A DNA stretch of 64,000 bases from the NCBI GenBank assembly GCA_035583355.1, contig DATEZQ010000001.1, positions 75,055-139,054 on the forward strand, in the 5' to 3' direction. This DNA comes from Minisyncoccota bacterium. Lineage in GTDB: Bacteria; Patescibacteriota; Minisyncoccia; Phycocordibacterales; UBA6899. The notes under the pieces are model-generated. The model was not told the origin of the DNA, did no database searches, and saw nothing but the letters and a program-made list of their open reading frames with translations. A program made the position numbers and the translations under genes. Each line of letters opens with the position of its first letter. The stretch's first letter is position 1. Below, piece after piece: positions 54,956-64,000 of this stretch.

Positions 54956-55072
54956 GTGAGCTCCCTGTGATGAACTTGACGATTGTACATTTTTATATCT
55001 CTATTCAATATTCTGCATACTCTATATAATATGTCAAGGAAATAAAAAGCACTCCAGGGGAGTGCTGTATAT

Positions 55073-55522
55073 TTATTTCTTTGCAATGACCGCAGCTTCT
55101 TCCTCAGTGAGATCAATATCAGAAGTGTTATTTGTAACCGGTTTTGCGTAGGTGCTAACTTTTTCTCGGGTGTAAAGTGTCGAAATTACCGCACCATTCC
55201 CTTGTTCATCTAGAAAGGCAGCTGCGAAACTGTGATTACCGCCGGTACCAGCACCCTGAAATGGATTAAATCGTTTGAGGACTATGCCGTCAATCTTACG
55301 TAGGAGTCGAGCATCGATCTTGGCAAGCTCATCGCGCATCTCATCTTCAAAAGCATGATAATCCTGAATCTCTTCTTGATTTCGTGTGATGACATCCTCA
55401 AGTGAGCTCGCCGAACGTCCAGAAAGGAATGCGCTGAGGCGACGCTCGAGGATGATGACCCATGTGGTGAGTACAATGACTGCAAGTGAGAGCAGTCCAA
55501 TAGAGATGACGGTGTAATGCAT
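55073..55522 (-). CDS. DUF4446-like membrane-anchored protein
   Basis: N-terminal TM, coiled coil, conserved FNPFQGAGTGGNHSFAAAFLDEQGNGAVIS...YAK segment. Confidence 0.6.
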   Translation of the reverse strand: MHYTVISIGLLSLAVIVLTTWVIILERRLSAFLSGRSASSLEDVITRNQEEIQDYHAFEDEMRDELAKIDARLLRKIDGIVLKRFNPFQGAGTGGNHSFAAAFLDEQGNGAVISTLYTREKVSTYAKPVTNNTSDIDLTEEEAAVIAKK

Positions 55523-55585
55523 TGCTTTATGATACAGGATAAGTAGGCACTTTTGCAAATGCTAGTTGTGTGGCACAATATACGT

Positions 55586-56824
55586 ATGAAACGATGCTAC
55601 TTTGATCATGCGGCTGCAACTCCTGTATTACCAACCGTACTTGCAGCAATGGAACCTTATTGGTCTACGCAGTTTGCAAACGCGTCTGCAATTCATTCTG
55701 AAGGAGTTGAGGCTAGGAATGCTCTGGAGGCTTCGAGAAAGCGCATTAGTGAAACGCTCGGCGTGACTCCTGAGACGTGCATATTTACAAGCAGTACAAC
55801 CGAGTCTGTGCAGCTTGCATTTATGGGCGCCGTCCACGCTTGGCAAAAGCAACACGAGGGTAAGCGACCTGAGATTATCATTAGCAGCATTGAACATGAC
55901 GCAGTGCTCGAAACTGCTCGTCTACTTGAGGCCGAGGGTGCACTCGTGCACAGGCTTCCTGTGAACAGTGACGGTATCGTTGCTTTTGAAGAGCTTATGC
56001 CGCTCATCACAATGGAAACAGTGCTTGTTTCAGTGATGCTCGTAAATAATGAAGTTGGCACAGTACAGCCTATCGCCGACGTTGCGCATGTTGTCCGAAA
56101 GTGGAAGCGTGAGGTTCGTGGTGTACAGCGTGATCGTTCTCCTGCTCCAGAAGATATGTATCCACTTCTACATACCGATGCTACGCAGGCAGTGAATTAT
56201 TATGAGCTGAATATCCCACAGCTTGGCGTGGATATGCTTTCATGCAATAGCTCAAAGATATATGGTCCAAAGGGTATCGGCTTGCTCTATCGTTCGATGA
56301 ATACAGTGCTTCTTCCGACACTTGTGGGGGGTGGTCAAGAATTTGCCTTGCGCGCAGGTACTGAGCCGGTCATGCTTGCGGTCGGTTTTGCTGAGGCATT
56401 CGTACATGCGCAGCACACCGCAACCACGGAATCTGTACGTTTGATGCCACTGCGCATGCAGCTGTTTACCGCTTGTGTGGAAGCGGGGAAAAAGCATAAT
56501 ATTGAAATGTTCGTTAACGGTGAGCCTGAGTATGAGCGCGTGCCAAATAATGTGCATGTCTCATTTGCGAATACCGATCACGAATATCTCGCTATTCTCC
56601 TCGATAAAGAAGGTTTTGCTGTTGCAACCAAGAGCGCTTGTAATGAACGTGAGGCCGAGGAGTCACATGTGCTTCATGCTATAGCGCAAGCAAAGGATAG
56701 TAGTCCAGGTCAACCGCTTTCAGGATTACGCCTCACGCTCGGGCGAGGAACCACAGAAGAGGATATCAAGCTACTTGGAGAGGCGATAGCTCGCGTGCTT
56801 CCTCTTGCTCACGTGAATGCATAA
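55586..56824 (+). CDS. cysteine desulfurase (class V aminotransferase, IscS/NifS-like)
   Basis: YFDHAATPVLP N-terminus, PLP-lysine region SCNSSKIYGPKGIGLLY, HV..ANTD motif. Confidence 0.9.
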   Translation: MKRCYFDHAAATPVLPTVLAAMEPYWSTQFANASAIHSEGVEARNALEASRKRISETLGVTPETCIFTSSTTESVQLAFMGAVHAWQKQHEGKRPEIIISSIEHDAVLETARLLEAEGALVHRLPVNSDGIVAFEELMPLITMETVLVSVMLVNNEVGTVQPIADVAHVVRKWKREVRGVQRDRSPAPEDMYPLLHTDATQAVNYYELNIPQLGVDMLSCNSSKIYGPKGIGLLYRSMNTVLLPTLVGGGQEFALRAGTEPVMLAVGFAEAFVHAQHTATTESVRLMPLRMQLFTACVEAGKKHNIEMFVNGEPEYERVPNNVHVSFANTDHEYLAILLDKEGFAVATKSACNEREAEESHVLHAIAQAKDSSPGQPLSGLRLTLGRGTTEEDIKLLGEAIARVLPLAHVNA

Positions 56825-56935
56825 CAAACACCCCGGTGTTTGTTTTTCTTTTTACGCAAGAAAGTATATTTGACGCATTTGCAGTATGGAGGATAATTGG
56901 GTGAGAGATCTTGTCTATCTATTGGGGGAGAAGGA

Positions 56936-57409
56936 ATGGACACCTCGGTTAAACTTGTGCTGCATAACGCAATACCCATGCTTGTCGTTCCTGCCACGAT
57001 GGCAGAGAAGCAGCTGAGTGATTTTTCCACAGACTCACTCGACGTGTCAGTTTCGTTTCGAGAGTCCGGATTTGATGGGCCTGGTGTTCCGTGCACTGAA
57101 TCGCATGCATGGTTCTACATGCTCAAAGTAGATGCCACGGTTGCCACGGCATACCGCTCTTTGGGAGATGACTTATTTTCGCTCGCATTCACTCCAGAAC
57201 AGCTTGGGGCATTTGTAACCAAGCACAGAGCACTGCTCCACCTCACTGGGAAGTCATCGTTCTTTCTTCTTAAGGAGGGCGAGCATATTTCTGGAGGTAT
57301 ATTCGTCCCGTACCAAAGTCGCTATTTTGCGATTCGGTTGTATGTTTTCAATTCACCCTACGTCGTACGAGCAAAAGATGAATACCTTTTTCTTGTTCAC
57401 GAGCAGTGA
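56936..57409 (+). CDS. hypothetical protein
   Basis: ORF 56897..57409, start chosen at MDTSVK; terminator hairpin at 57413-57433. Confidence 0.45.
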   Translation: MDTSVKLVLHNAIPMLVVPATMAEKQLSDFSTDSLDVSVSFRESGFDGPGVPCTESHAWFYMLKVDATVATAYRSLGDDLFSLAFTPEQLGAFVTKHRALLHLTGKSSFFLLKEGEHISGGIFVPYQSRYFAIRLYVFNSPYVVRAKDEYLFLVHEQ

Positions 57410-57466
57410 CATGAGGCCCCATTTAAGGGGCCTTTTACTCTGTTTGTTTCTTGCTATAATAAGTAT

Positions 57467-58048
57467 ATGTATACAACACAAAATTTTGAAACCTTACTCG
57501 GAACTGCGGGCTTCTCGGATGCGCTGCTTAAGAATCACTTTACGCTCTATGAGGGCTATGTGAAAAATGCGAATTTGCTTGATGAGAAACTCACTACACT
57601 TGCAGCAAATGGAGGTTTTGGTACTCCTGAATACAATGAGCTGAAGCGTCGCTTTGGTTGGGAGTACAATGGTATGCGACTACACGAGCTTTATTTTGGT
57701 AACATGAAAAGCGGAGGTACAGTCGTCGAAGTCGAGAGTGCGCTTGCACGTACGATGTCGGCGCAGTTTGGAAGCGTTGATGCATGGATGGCAGACTTCA
57801 AAGCGACGGGCAGTATGCGTGGTATCGGTTGGACGATCCTTGTGCGTGAACATTCTGGTAAGCTCGCGAATATTTGGGTGAACGAGCACGACGTAGGACT
57901 TCTCGTCGATGCACATCCACTGCTGGTCATGGACGTCTTCGAGCATAGTTTCATGCTTGATTATGGCTTGAAGCGTGCAGATTATATCGCAGCCTTCTTT
58001 GCTGCTATTGATTGGCGAGTTGTCGAGAGTCGCTTCGGTGAGAATTAA
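57467..58048 (+). CDS. Fe/Mn-family superoxide dismutase (divergent)
   Basis: C-terminal D-x-[WF]-E-H-[AS] metal-ligand block (MDVFEHSFMLDYGLKRADYIAAF) and central GW motif; the N-terminal His-rich helix is divergent. Confidence 0.75.
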   Translation: MYTTQNFETLLGTAGFSDALLKNHFTLYEGYVKNANLLDEKLTTLAANGGFGTPEYNELKRRFGWEYNGMRLHELYFGNMKSGGTVVEVESALARTMSAQFGSVDAWMADFKATGSMRGIGWTILVREHSGKLANIWVNEHDVGLLVDAHPLLVMDVFEHSFMLDYGLKRADYIAAFFAAIDWRVVESRFGEN

Positions 58049-58209
58049 GATTTTTACGGAAAATACACCACTTATTGCGGTGTATTTTCTTTACTTGGAA
58101 CAATTTTTATCTTTAGCTTATCTGCTATATTTTTTGTGTATTCCTTATATTGACTGCGCACTTTTTGTAGTGTATTCTCATTATAAATCCGCTTACTTTT
58201 ACTGAATAT

Positions 58210-60897
58210 ATGCCACCTTTTCAAAATTTTACCGCAAAAGCCCGTGACGCGATTCGCCGTGCTCATGAACTCGCAATTGAGCGTGAACAGACCCATGTAA
58301 CTCCTATGCATTTGCTTGCAGGATTGCTCCTGCAGGAAGAAAGCATGGTACTCACTATTCTTGAGAAACTGGATATCGACAGTGCTTTTTTCACCGAGCA
58401 GGTGACCGAGCGTATTGACGATGGTTCAGAACGCGCAGGTGGCATGGCCGCTTCGTATCAACTCTATCTCACTGCTGAGCTTGCACAAATTCTCGAAAAC
58501 TCTCAGCTCATCGGACAGGAGCTCAAGGATCAGTTTATTTCTACAGAGCATATGCTTATGGCCATGCTTAATGTGCCTTCGCCGGCAGAAAAGCTTCTCG
58601 CACAAAACAAGGTGACACGAGAGCGTATTCTTGGTGCACTCAAACAGATCCGTGAAAACACCGATGGCGCAGGGCAAGGCGCAGCACAGTCAAAGCAGCG
58701 TGCAATCACGAAGTATACACGCTCACTTACAAAACTCGCCCAAGAGGATAAGCTTGATCCTGTTGTGGGACGTGATGAGGAGACTGGTCGCTTGATTCAG
58801 ATTCTTTCTCGTCGCACAAAAAACAATCCTATTCTTATCGGTGATGCGGGTACTGGTAAAACCGCAGTTGTCGAGGGACTTGCGCAGCGCATTGCGAAAG
58901 GCGATGTGCCTGAGTTCCTCCGCGACAAGGACTTGGTCTCTCTTGATCTTGGTCTTTTGATTGCAGGAACAAAATATCGTGGTGAATTCGAGGAACGACT
59001 AAAGGCGATCATGAAGGAGATTGAGCGCTCTGAAGGGAAGATTATCCTTTTTATCGATGAAATTCATACTATCGTTGGAGCTGGAGCTGCTGAAGGTTCG
59101 ATGGATGCGTCGAATATGCTCAAGCCTGCACTTGCACGCGGGGAGCTCCGTGCCATTGGTGCAACAACGATAAAAGAGTATCAGAAACATATTGAAAAGG
59201 ACCCCGCGCTCACGCGTCGTTTCCAGCCGGTATACGTGCAGGAGCCATCGATTGAGGATGCGGTCGCAATACTTCGCGGCCTTAAGGAGAAATATGAAAT
59301 ATTCCATGGCGTGAAAATCACTGACGACGCTATTCTTGCAGCAGTGAATCTTTCTTCTCGATATATTACTGATCGTGCACTTCCTGATAAGGCCGTTGAT
59401 CTTATCGACGAAGCGGCTTCGAGCCTACGCATTGAGCTCGAAAATAAACCCGCAGTCCTTGAACAAGCACATCGAAAGATCATGCGTCTTGAAATAGAGA
59501 ACGAGGCGCTCAAGAAAGATACTGAGGGTGAAGGTGATGCAGCAAAGCGAGCCAAAGAGCGAGTGAAGGTGATTAACAGAGAGATTGCTGATTTGCGTGA
59601 GGAGACAAGAGAGTTTGAGCTCAAATGGAACAATGAGAAGACGCTTGTCGTTGATCTCAAGAACATTAAGAAGGAGCTTGAGACACTACGTGTCGAGGCA
59701 GAAAACGCCGAACTTCGTAGTGATCTTTCGAAAGCAGCTGAGATACGTTATGGTCGTATTCCTGTGCTTGATAAGCAGTTGAACGACAAGACGAATAAGC
59801 TTAAGAAGCTCCAGTCGGGAAGGCGAATACTTCGAGAAGAAGTTGCGGAACAAGATATTGCAAAGGTGGTCGCACGTTGGACTGGTGTCCCCGTATCACG
59901 CATGCTTGAAGAGGAGGTTGCGAAATTAAGCCGTATGGAAGATGAACTTCGCGAGCGTGTTGTCGGACAGGATGATGCGATTGCAAAGATCGCAAATGCG
60001 GTGCGTCGCTCACGTGTCGGTATCGGTGACCCTCATCGTCCGATCGGTTCATTCCTTTTCCTCGGACCTACGGGTGTGGGAAAGACAGAGTTGACGAAAG
60101 CACTTGCTAATTTCCTTTTTGATGATGAAAAGGCGCTCATTCGTGTTGATATGTCTGAGTTCATGGAGAAGCACGCAGTATCAAAGCTCGTCGGTGCGCC
60201 TCCGGGATATGTGGGCCACGAAGAAGCAGGCTCACTTACTGAATCTGTTCGACATCGTCCATATTCGGTCGTCCTCTTTGACGAAGTGGAGAAGGCTCAT
60301 CCTGAGGTCTTCAATATACTCTTGCAAGTTCTTGATGATGGTCGCCTCACCGACTCAAAGGGACGTGTGGTGAATTTCAAGAATACGGTGATTGTCATGA
60401 CATCAAATATTGGTTCAGAGTTCATCGACAAGATGCAGAGCATGGGCTTTGGCACGGGCGATGTTAGCCAGGATGCAGAGTATGCAAATACAAAGGCAAA
60501 AGTCATAGAACACCTGAAAGATTACTTCCGTCCAGAGTTCATCAATCGTCTTGATGAAATCATCAGTTTCGATATTCTCTCACCTGAAGTGGTGCGCAAC
60601 ATCGTTGATGTGCAAATTAAGCGCATTGGGGAGCGTCTTGAGCAGAAGGAGATTTCATTAATTGTATCGAGCGATGCTCTTGATAAGCTTGCGAAGGAGG
60701 GCTATAATCCTCAGTTTGGTGCTCGACCACTGCGCCGCTTGATTCAAGAGAAGATCTTGAATCCCGTAGCAAATGCGATGATTAAAGAACGACTTCTTAC
60801 TGGCGCAACGGTCACTGTTGTTCTCAAGAATGATGAGTTGGCAGTAAAAGTAGAGAAGAAAAAGGGACAGTCAAAAGCAAAGCGCGCAAAGGCGTAA
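58210..60897 (+). CDS. clpB: ATP-dependent chaperone ClpB
   Basis: Clp N domain, two AAA+ modules (GDAGTGKT and GPTGVGKT Walker A), long coiled-coil M-domain between them, ClpB_D2-small. Confidence 0.95.
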   Translation: MPPFQNFTAKARDAIRRAHELAIEREQTHVTPMHLLAGLLLQEESMVLTILEKLDIDSAFFTEQVTERIDDGSERAGGMAASYQLYLTAELAQILENSQLIGQELKDQFISTEHMLMAMLNVPSPAEKLLAQNKVTRERILGALKQIRENTDGAGQGAAQSKQRAITKYTRSLTKLAQEDKLDPVVGRDEETGRLIQILSRRTKNNPILIGDAGTGKTAVVEGLAQRIAKGDVPEFLRDKDLVSLDLGLLIAGTKYRGEFEERLKAIMKEIERSEGKIILFIDEIHTIVGAGAAEGSMDASNMLKPALARGELRAIGATTIKEYQKHIEKDPALTRRFQPVYVQEPSIEDAVAILRGLKEKYEIFHGVKITDDAILAAVNLSSRYITDRALPDKAVDLIDEAASSLRIELENKPAVLEQAHRKIMRLEIENEALKKDTEGEGDAAKRAKERVKVINREIADLREETREFELKWNNEKTLVVDLKNIKKELETLRVEAENAELRSDLSKAAEIRYGRIPVLDKQLNDKTNKLKKLQSGRRILREEVAEQDIAKVVARWTGVPVSRMLEEEVAKLSRMEDELRERVVGQDDAIAKIANAVRRSRVGIGDPHRPIGSFLFLGPTGVGKTELTKALANFLFDDEKALIRVDMSEFMEKHAVSKLVGAPPGYVGHEEAGSLTESVRHRPYSVVLFDEVEKAHPEVFNILLQVLDDGRLTDSKGRVVNFKNTVIVMTSNIGSEFIDKMQSMGFGTGDVSQDAEYANTKAKVIEHLKDYFRPEFINRLDEIISFDILSPEVVRNIVDVQIKRIGERLEQKEISLIVSSDALDKLAKEGYNPQFGARPLRRLIQEKILNPVANAMIKERLLTGATVTVVLKNDELAVKVEKKKGQSKAKRAKA

Positions 60898-60939
60898 ACA
60901 AAAAGCACACGGTTGTGTGCTTTTTGTATTAACACATCC

Positions 60940-61392
60940 TCATTGTTGAGGTTGATTATTGCGCATCATCGGTGGGATCGCATCGTTTCGAAGTTGAATG
61001 GTCTTCGCATTGATGCTTCCATCAGGATTTGCATCACCACTAATAGAGACGTTCTTGTTTACTTCAAGGTCTACTGCAGCGCCTTCAACAAATTTCGTTA
61101 TCGTAGTTAAAGGGGAGACGAATACTATTTTCGAGCCCCCGTCACTCATGGCAACGACGATATTCGAGTCATTCTTTGAAAGAATTTTACCAGTGAGGAA
61201 GCCGGAAAAAGACGCCTGATTACGCGGACGCGTACCTCCTTGTCGCAAATTAGTAGGGACGCCATCAGTTGTGCTCGTATTTTGTGGTTTTGCTTCTCGT
61301 GTTGCATATCGTGCACCACCATAGAAGGAAAGTGCAGAAGAGAGGAGTACGATAGCTAGTGTGAGATAGATATGTTTGTGTAATGTATTCAT
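60940..61392 (-). CDS. secreted/membrane-anchored hypothetical protein
   Basis: N-terminal signal anchor LTLAIVLLSSALSFYGG. Confidence 0.5.
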   Translation of the reverse strand: MNTLHKHIYLTLAIVLLSSALSFYGGARYATREAKPQNTSTTDGVPTNLRQGGTRPRNQASFSGFLTGKILSKNDSNIVVAMSDGGSKIVFVSPLTTITKFVEGAAVDLEVNKNVSISGDANPDGSINAKTIQLRNDAIPPMMRNNQPQQ

Positions 61393-61417
61393 GAGAAATA
61401 TATTTGTCCGCTAATAA

Positions 61418-62644
61418 CTACTCGTAGCGCAATGCCTCAATAGGATTGAGTGCTGCTGCACGTCGCGCAGGATAATATCCAAAGACAATTCCAATGGTTG
61501 CTGAGACTCCAAATGCAAGAAGTATCGAAGTCGTTGATACCTCTGTGGCAATTCCAGACAAGCTTGTTACGAGCAGGGAGATAAGCCAACCAAGTAGTAT
61601 TCCAATAAAGCCCCCAAGGAAAGTAAGCATTACTGCTTCGACAAGAAACTGAAAGCTAATATCTCTGCGCTTGGCACCAATCGCTTTGCGGAGTCCAATT
61701 TCGCGTGTGCGCTCAGTGACCGTGGTGAGCATCATATTCATAATACCGATTCCACCGACGATTAACGAAATTCCCGCTATCGCCGAGAGAAGCATCGTCA
61801 TGGTGTTGGTGATAGCTGATGCCGTTGCAAGAATGTCTTGCTGATTGAGTACTTGGAAGTCTGCAAGTTTTGGGTCACTAATGTTGTGCTTGCGCAGCAA
61901 GAGAGTCGTGATTTCTTCCTGCACGGTTGCCATTTCATTTGGATCCTCAGCAGCGACACTTATGGTGGTGACATAAGTATCACCAGCAAGATAGCGCTGC
62001 GCTGTAGATATCGGGACAAAAATCATATCATCAGGGTTAGAAAATCCTGATCCGCCTTTGGCCTTAGTGATGCCAATGATCTTGAACTGAACATTTTTAA
62101 TACGAACTGTTTCTCCGATAGCCTCTGCACCAATACCAAAGAGATCATCACGTGTTGTTGGTCCGATGACGGCAACTCGAGCGAGATCCTTAACATTCAT
62201 ATCGCTAATGAATGATCCAGACTCAATTTCGAGATTACGTACCACGGGGTAACTACTTACTGTCCCAACTATCTGGGTATTTGTATTCGTTCCTTTTGCG
62301 GTAACTTGATAGCGCTTGGATATTTCAGGCGCAATTGCTTTTGCGAGTGTCACTTCCTTTGCGATTGCATCCGCATCTTCCTGCTTCAGTGTGGTTGCAG
62401 ATCCTCGTCCCGCACTTACTGGCCCAGCAGCAGCTCCACGCGCCTGACCAGGCATGACCAGCACAAGGTTTGATCCAATAGATTGAATACTTGATTGGAT
62501 TGAGCCAGAGGCACCTTGTCCAATTGCAATCATTGCAACGACTGATCCAATACCAATAACAATTCCAAGAATTGTCAGCCCAGAGCGTGCTTTATTCGCA
62601 GAAAGCGCAGTATAGGTCTCATGGAGTGTATCTTCAATTTTCAT
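61418..62644 (-). CDS. ABC transporter permease, MacB/FtsX-like
   Basis: TM1, large periplasmic MacB_PCD-like domain, C-terminal FtsX 3-TM bundle (GLRKAIGAKRRDI motif). Confidence 0.85.
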   Translation of the reverse strand: MKIEDTLHETYTALSANKARSGLTILGIVIGIGSVVAMIAIGQGASGSIQSSIQSIGSNLVLVMPGQARGAAAGPVSAGRGSATTLKQEDADAIAKEVTLAKAIAPEISKRYQVTAKGTNTNTQIVGTVSSYPVVRNLEIESGSFISDMNVKDLARVAVIGPTTRDDLFGIGAEAIGETVRIKNVQFKIIGITKAKGGSGFSNPDDMIFVPISTAQRYLAGDTYVTTISVAAEDPNEMATVQEEITTLLLRKHNISDPKLADFQVLNQQDILATASAITNTMTMLLSAIAGISLIVGGIGIMNMMLTTVTERTREIGLRKAIGAKRRDISFQFLVEAVMLTFLGGFIGILLGWLISLLVTSLSGIATEVSTTSILLAFGVSATIGIVFGYYPARRAAALNPIEALRYE

Positions 62645-62645
62645 A

Positions 62646-63356
62646 TTAGAGGAGGTTTACCGCAAGACGTTGCGTATGTTGCTTACTGTCACTAACTATG
62701 TCGCCATCACGAATATGGATAATACGCTCCGCATGTTCAGCGATATCGGGTTCGTGGGTGATAAGTACGATAGTTCTCCCTTGCTCTTTGTGCAGTCGCT
62801 GGAAAGTCTCAAGTACCATATTGCCAGTTTTTGTATCAAGATTTCCAGTAGGCTCGTCAGCGAGAATGAGCGTGGGGTTATTTACGAGTGCGCGAGCAAT
62901 TGCCACACGTTGCATCATGCCTCCCGAAAGTTGATTCGAGAAATGTCCCCAGAATTGTTCAGGAAATGCTGATGCGGCAAGGGCCTCTTTCGCTTTTGCA
63001 ATACGTTCTTCTTCTCCTACTTCTGCATATATGAGAGGGAGCATGACATTACGCAAGACACTGGTGCGAGGGAGAAGGTTGAATGATTGAAATACAAAAC
63101 CAATCTTTTCCATGCGAATATCCGCAAGTGCGTCATCGGAGAGCTGTGCAACATCTTTGCCATCGAGGATATATTCTCCACGGGATGGAGTGTCGAGACA
63201 CCCAATGATGTGCATCAGTGTTGATTTGCCAGAGCCGGATGGCCCCATGATTGCCACGAATTCGCCATCATTGATAGTAAAAGACACGTCGCGGAGCGCA
63301 TGGGTCTCCATGTCACCGTTCACGTAAGTCTTTCCGATGTGATTACATTCAATCAT
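62646..63356 (-). CDS. ABC transporter ATP-binding protein (MacB/LolD type)
   Basis: Walker A GPSGSGKST, Q-loop, signature LSGGMMQRVAIARAL, Walker B ILADEPTGNLD. Confidence 0.9.
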   Translation of the reverse strand: MIECNHIGKTYVNGDMETHALRDVSFTINDGEFVAIMGPSGSGKSTLMHIIGCLDTPSRGEYILDGKDVAQLSDDALADIRMEKIGFVFQSFNLLPRTSVLRNVMLPLIYAEVGEEERIAKAKEALAASAFPEQFWGHFSNQLSGGMMQRVAIARALVNNPTLILADEPTGNLDTKTGNMVLETFQRLHKEQGRTIVLITHEPDIAEHAERIIHIRDGDIVSDSKQHTQRLAVNLL

Positions 63357-63360
63357 ATGC

Positions 63361-64000
63361 TTAGCCTCTTCCTCCTAAACCTGGAAATCTTAATCCGCCT
63401 TGCTGGGTTCCAGTTGTTGCAGCTGCGGCACTCGAATTTATGGTTTGCACTACGATGGTGTCGCCTTCGCTGAGGCCAGAAATGATTTGTGTACGAGTGT
63501 CATTGGAAATACCGGTCTCAACGGTCACTGTTGTGGGGGAGCCGTTATTGTAAAGCTCTACTGATTTTGTCATTCCCTTGTTTTTTATCGCAGAACTTGG
63601 AATGAGTAATGCTTCCTGTTTTACGTCGGTAATGATAGCTGCAGAAACACTCATTCCTGGCTTAACTCGTTCATCTTGCGCGTCAAAAGAAATCTTTACT
63701 GCATAGGTGACAACACCTTGAGATATGGTACCAACGGAGTCAATTTCCGATACTGCACCTGCGATATTTAGGCCATCTATTGCATCAAATGAAAGAGTAA
63801 CCTGTTGTCCTACTTTTGCTTTGGCGACATCAACCTCGTTGAGGGTAATTTCGGCAATGCGTTGTTTCGTGATAAGGGTTGCGATAGTCGTGCCTGAAGA
63901 CACTGCATCTGCAACTTTAACGGGAATGCTTGCTATGACACAGTCAAATGGCGCACGTATGGTATAGTCTGCTAGTTTTTCTTGTGCGTCAGCAAGTGCA
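63361..64000 (-). CDS. periplasmic adaptor (HlyD/MacA membrane-fusion protein family), 5' end beyond window
   Basis: C-terminal beta-barrel / MP domains of MFPs; the frame stays open upstream of the ORF-track GTG start to the window edge (..ALADAQEKLADYTIRAPFDCVIASIPVKVADAV..). Confidence 0.75.
   Translation of the reverse strand, partial: ALADAQEKLADYTIRAPFDCVIASIPVKVADAVSSGTTIATLITKQRIAEITLNEVDVAKAKVGQQVTLSFDAIDGLNIAGAVSEIDSVGTISQGVVTYAVKISFDAQDERVKPGMSVSAAIITDVKQEALLIPSSAIKNKGMTKSVELYNNGSPTTVTVETGISNDTRTQIISGLSEGDTIVVQTINSSAAAATTGTQQGGLRFPGLGGRG

Overview
This 64-kb chromosomal segment is densely packed with short genes on both strands and looks like a small-genome bacterium, possibly a CPR/Patescibacteria-like lineage. 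That lineage guess is inference from four observations: a minimal 493-aa IF-2, a UvrC lacking its C-terminal HhH region, tRNA genes without encoded CCA, and many small membrane or secreted hypotheticals. Recognisable content falls into five groups: (1) translation and chaperone housekeeping (leuS, infB-rbfA, clpB, DEAD-box helicase, tlyA); (2) DNA repair (uvrB, uvrA, uvrC, ogt, MazG-like NTP pyrophosphohydrolase, dCMP deaminase); (3) cell envelope (ddl, mltG, RlpA-like, SLT transglycosylase, GT2 glycosyltransferase, CcdA, CAP-domain protein, MacAB-like efflux, MFS and CDF transporters); (4) redox and regulators (Fe/Mn-type SOD, cysteine desulfurase, Fur, ArsR, glutaredoxin-like); (5) two two-component modules, one with a FIST sensor and a tandem-receiver regulator. 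There are four tRNA genes: Ala-TGC (+), and Lys-CTT, Leu-TAA, Cys-GCA (all on the minus strand). The most unusual signal is a family of conserved, apparently structured elements. One copy (E1-E4, about 210-300 nt) lies directly 3' of each of the four tRNA genes, always in the same orientation relative to the tRNA. Three hairpins recur in the three full-length copies but differ in sequence (apparent covariation); the short E1 copy retains only the tRNA-proximal ones. Two copies share an identical 30-nt core. Each element ends next to the tRNA with an inverted copy of that tRNA's own 3' end. The tRNA-Ala locus also carries a short tandem array of direct repeats of the tRNA 3' end, then a small island of tiny Cys-rich and membrane ORFs. 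I see no CRISPR array, integrase, transposase or rRNA in the window.
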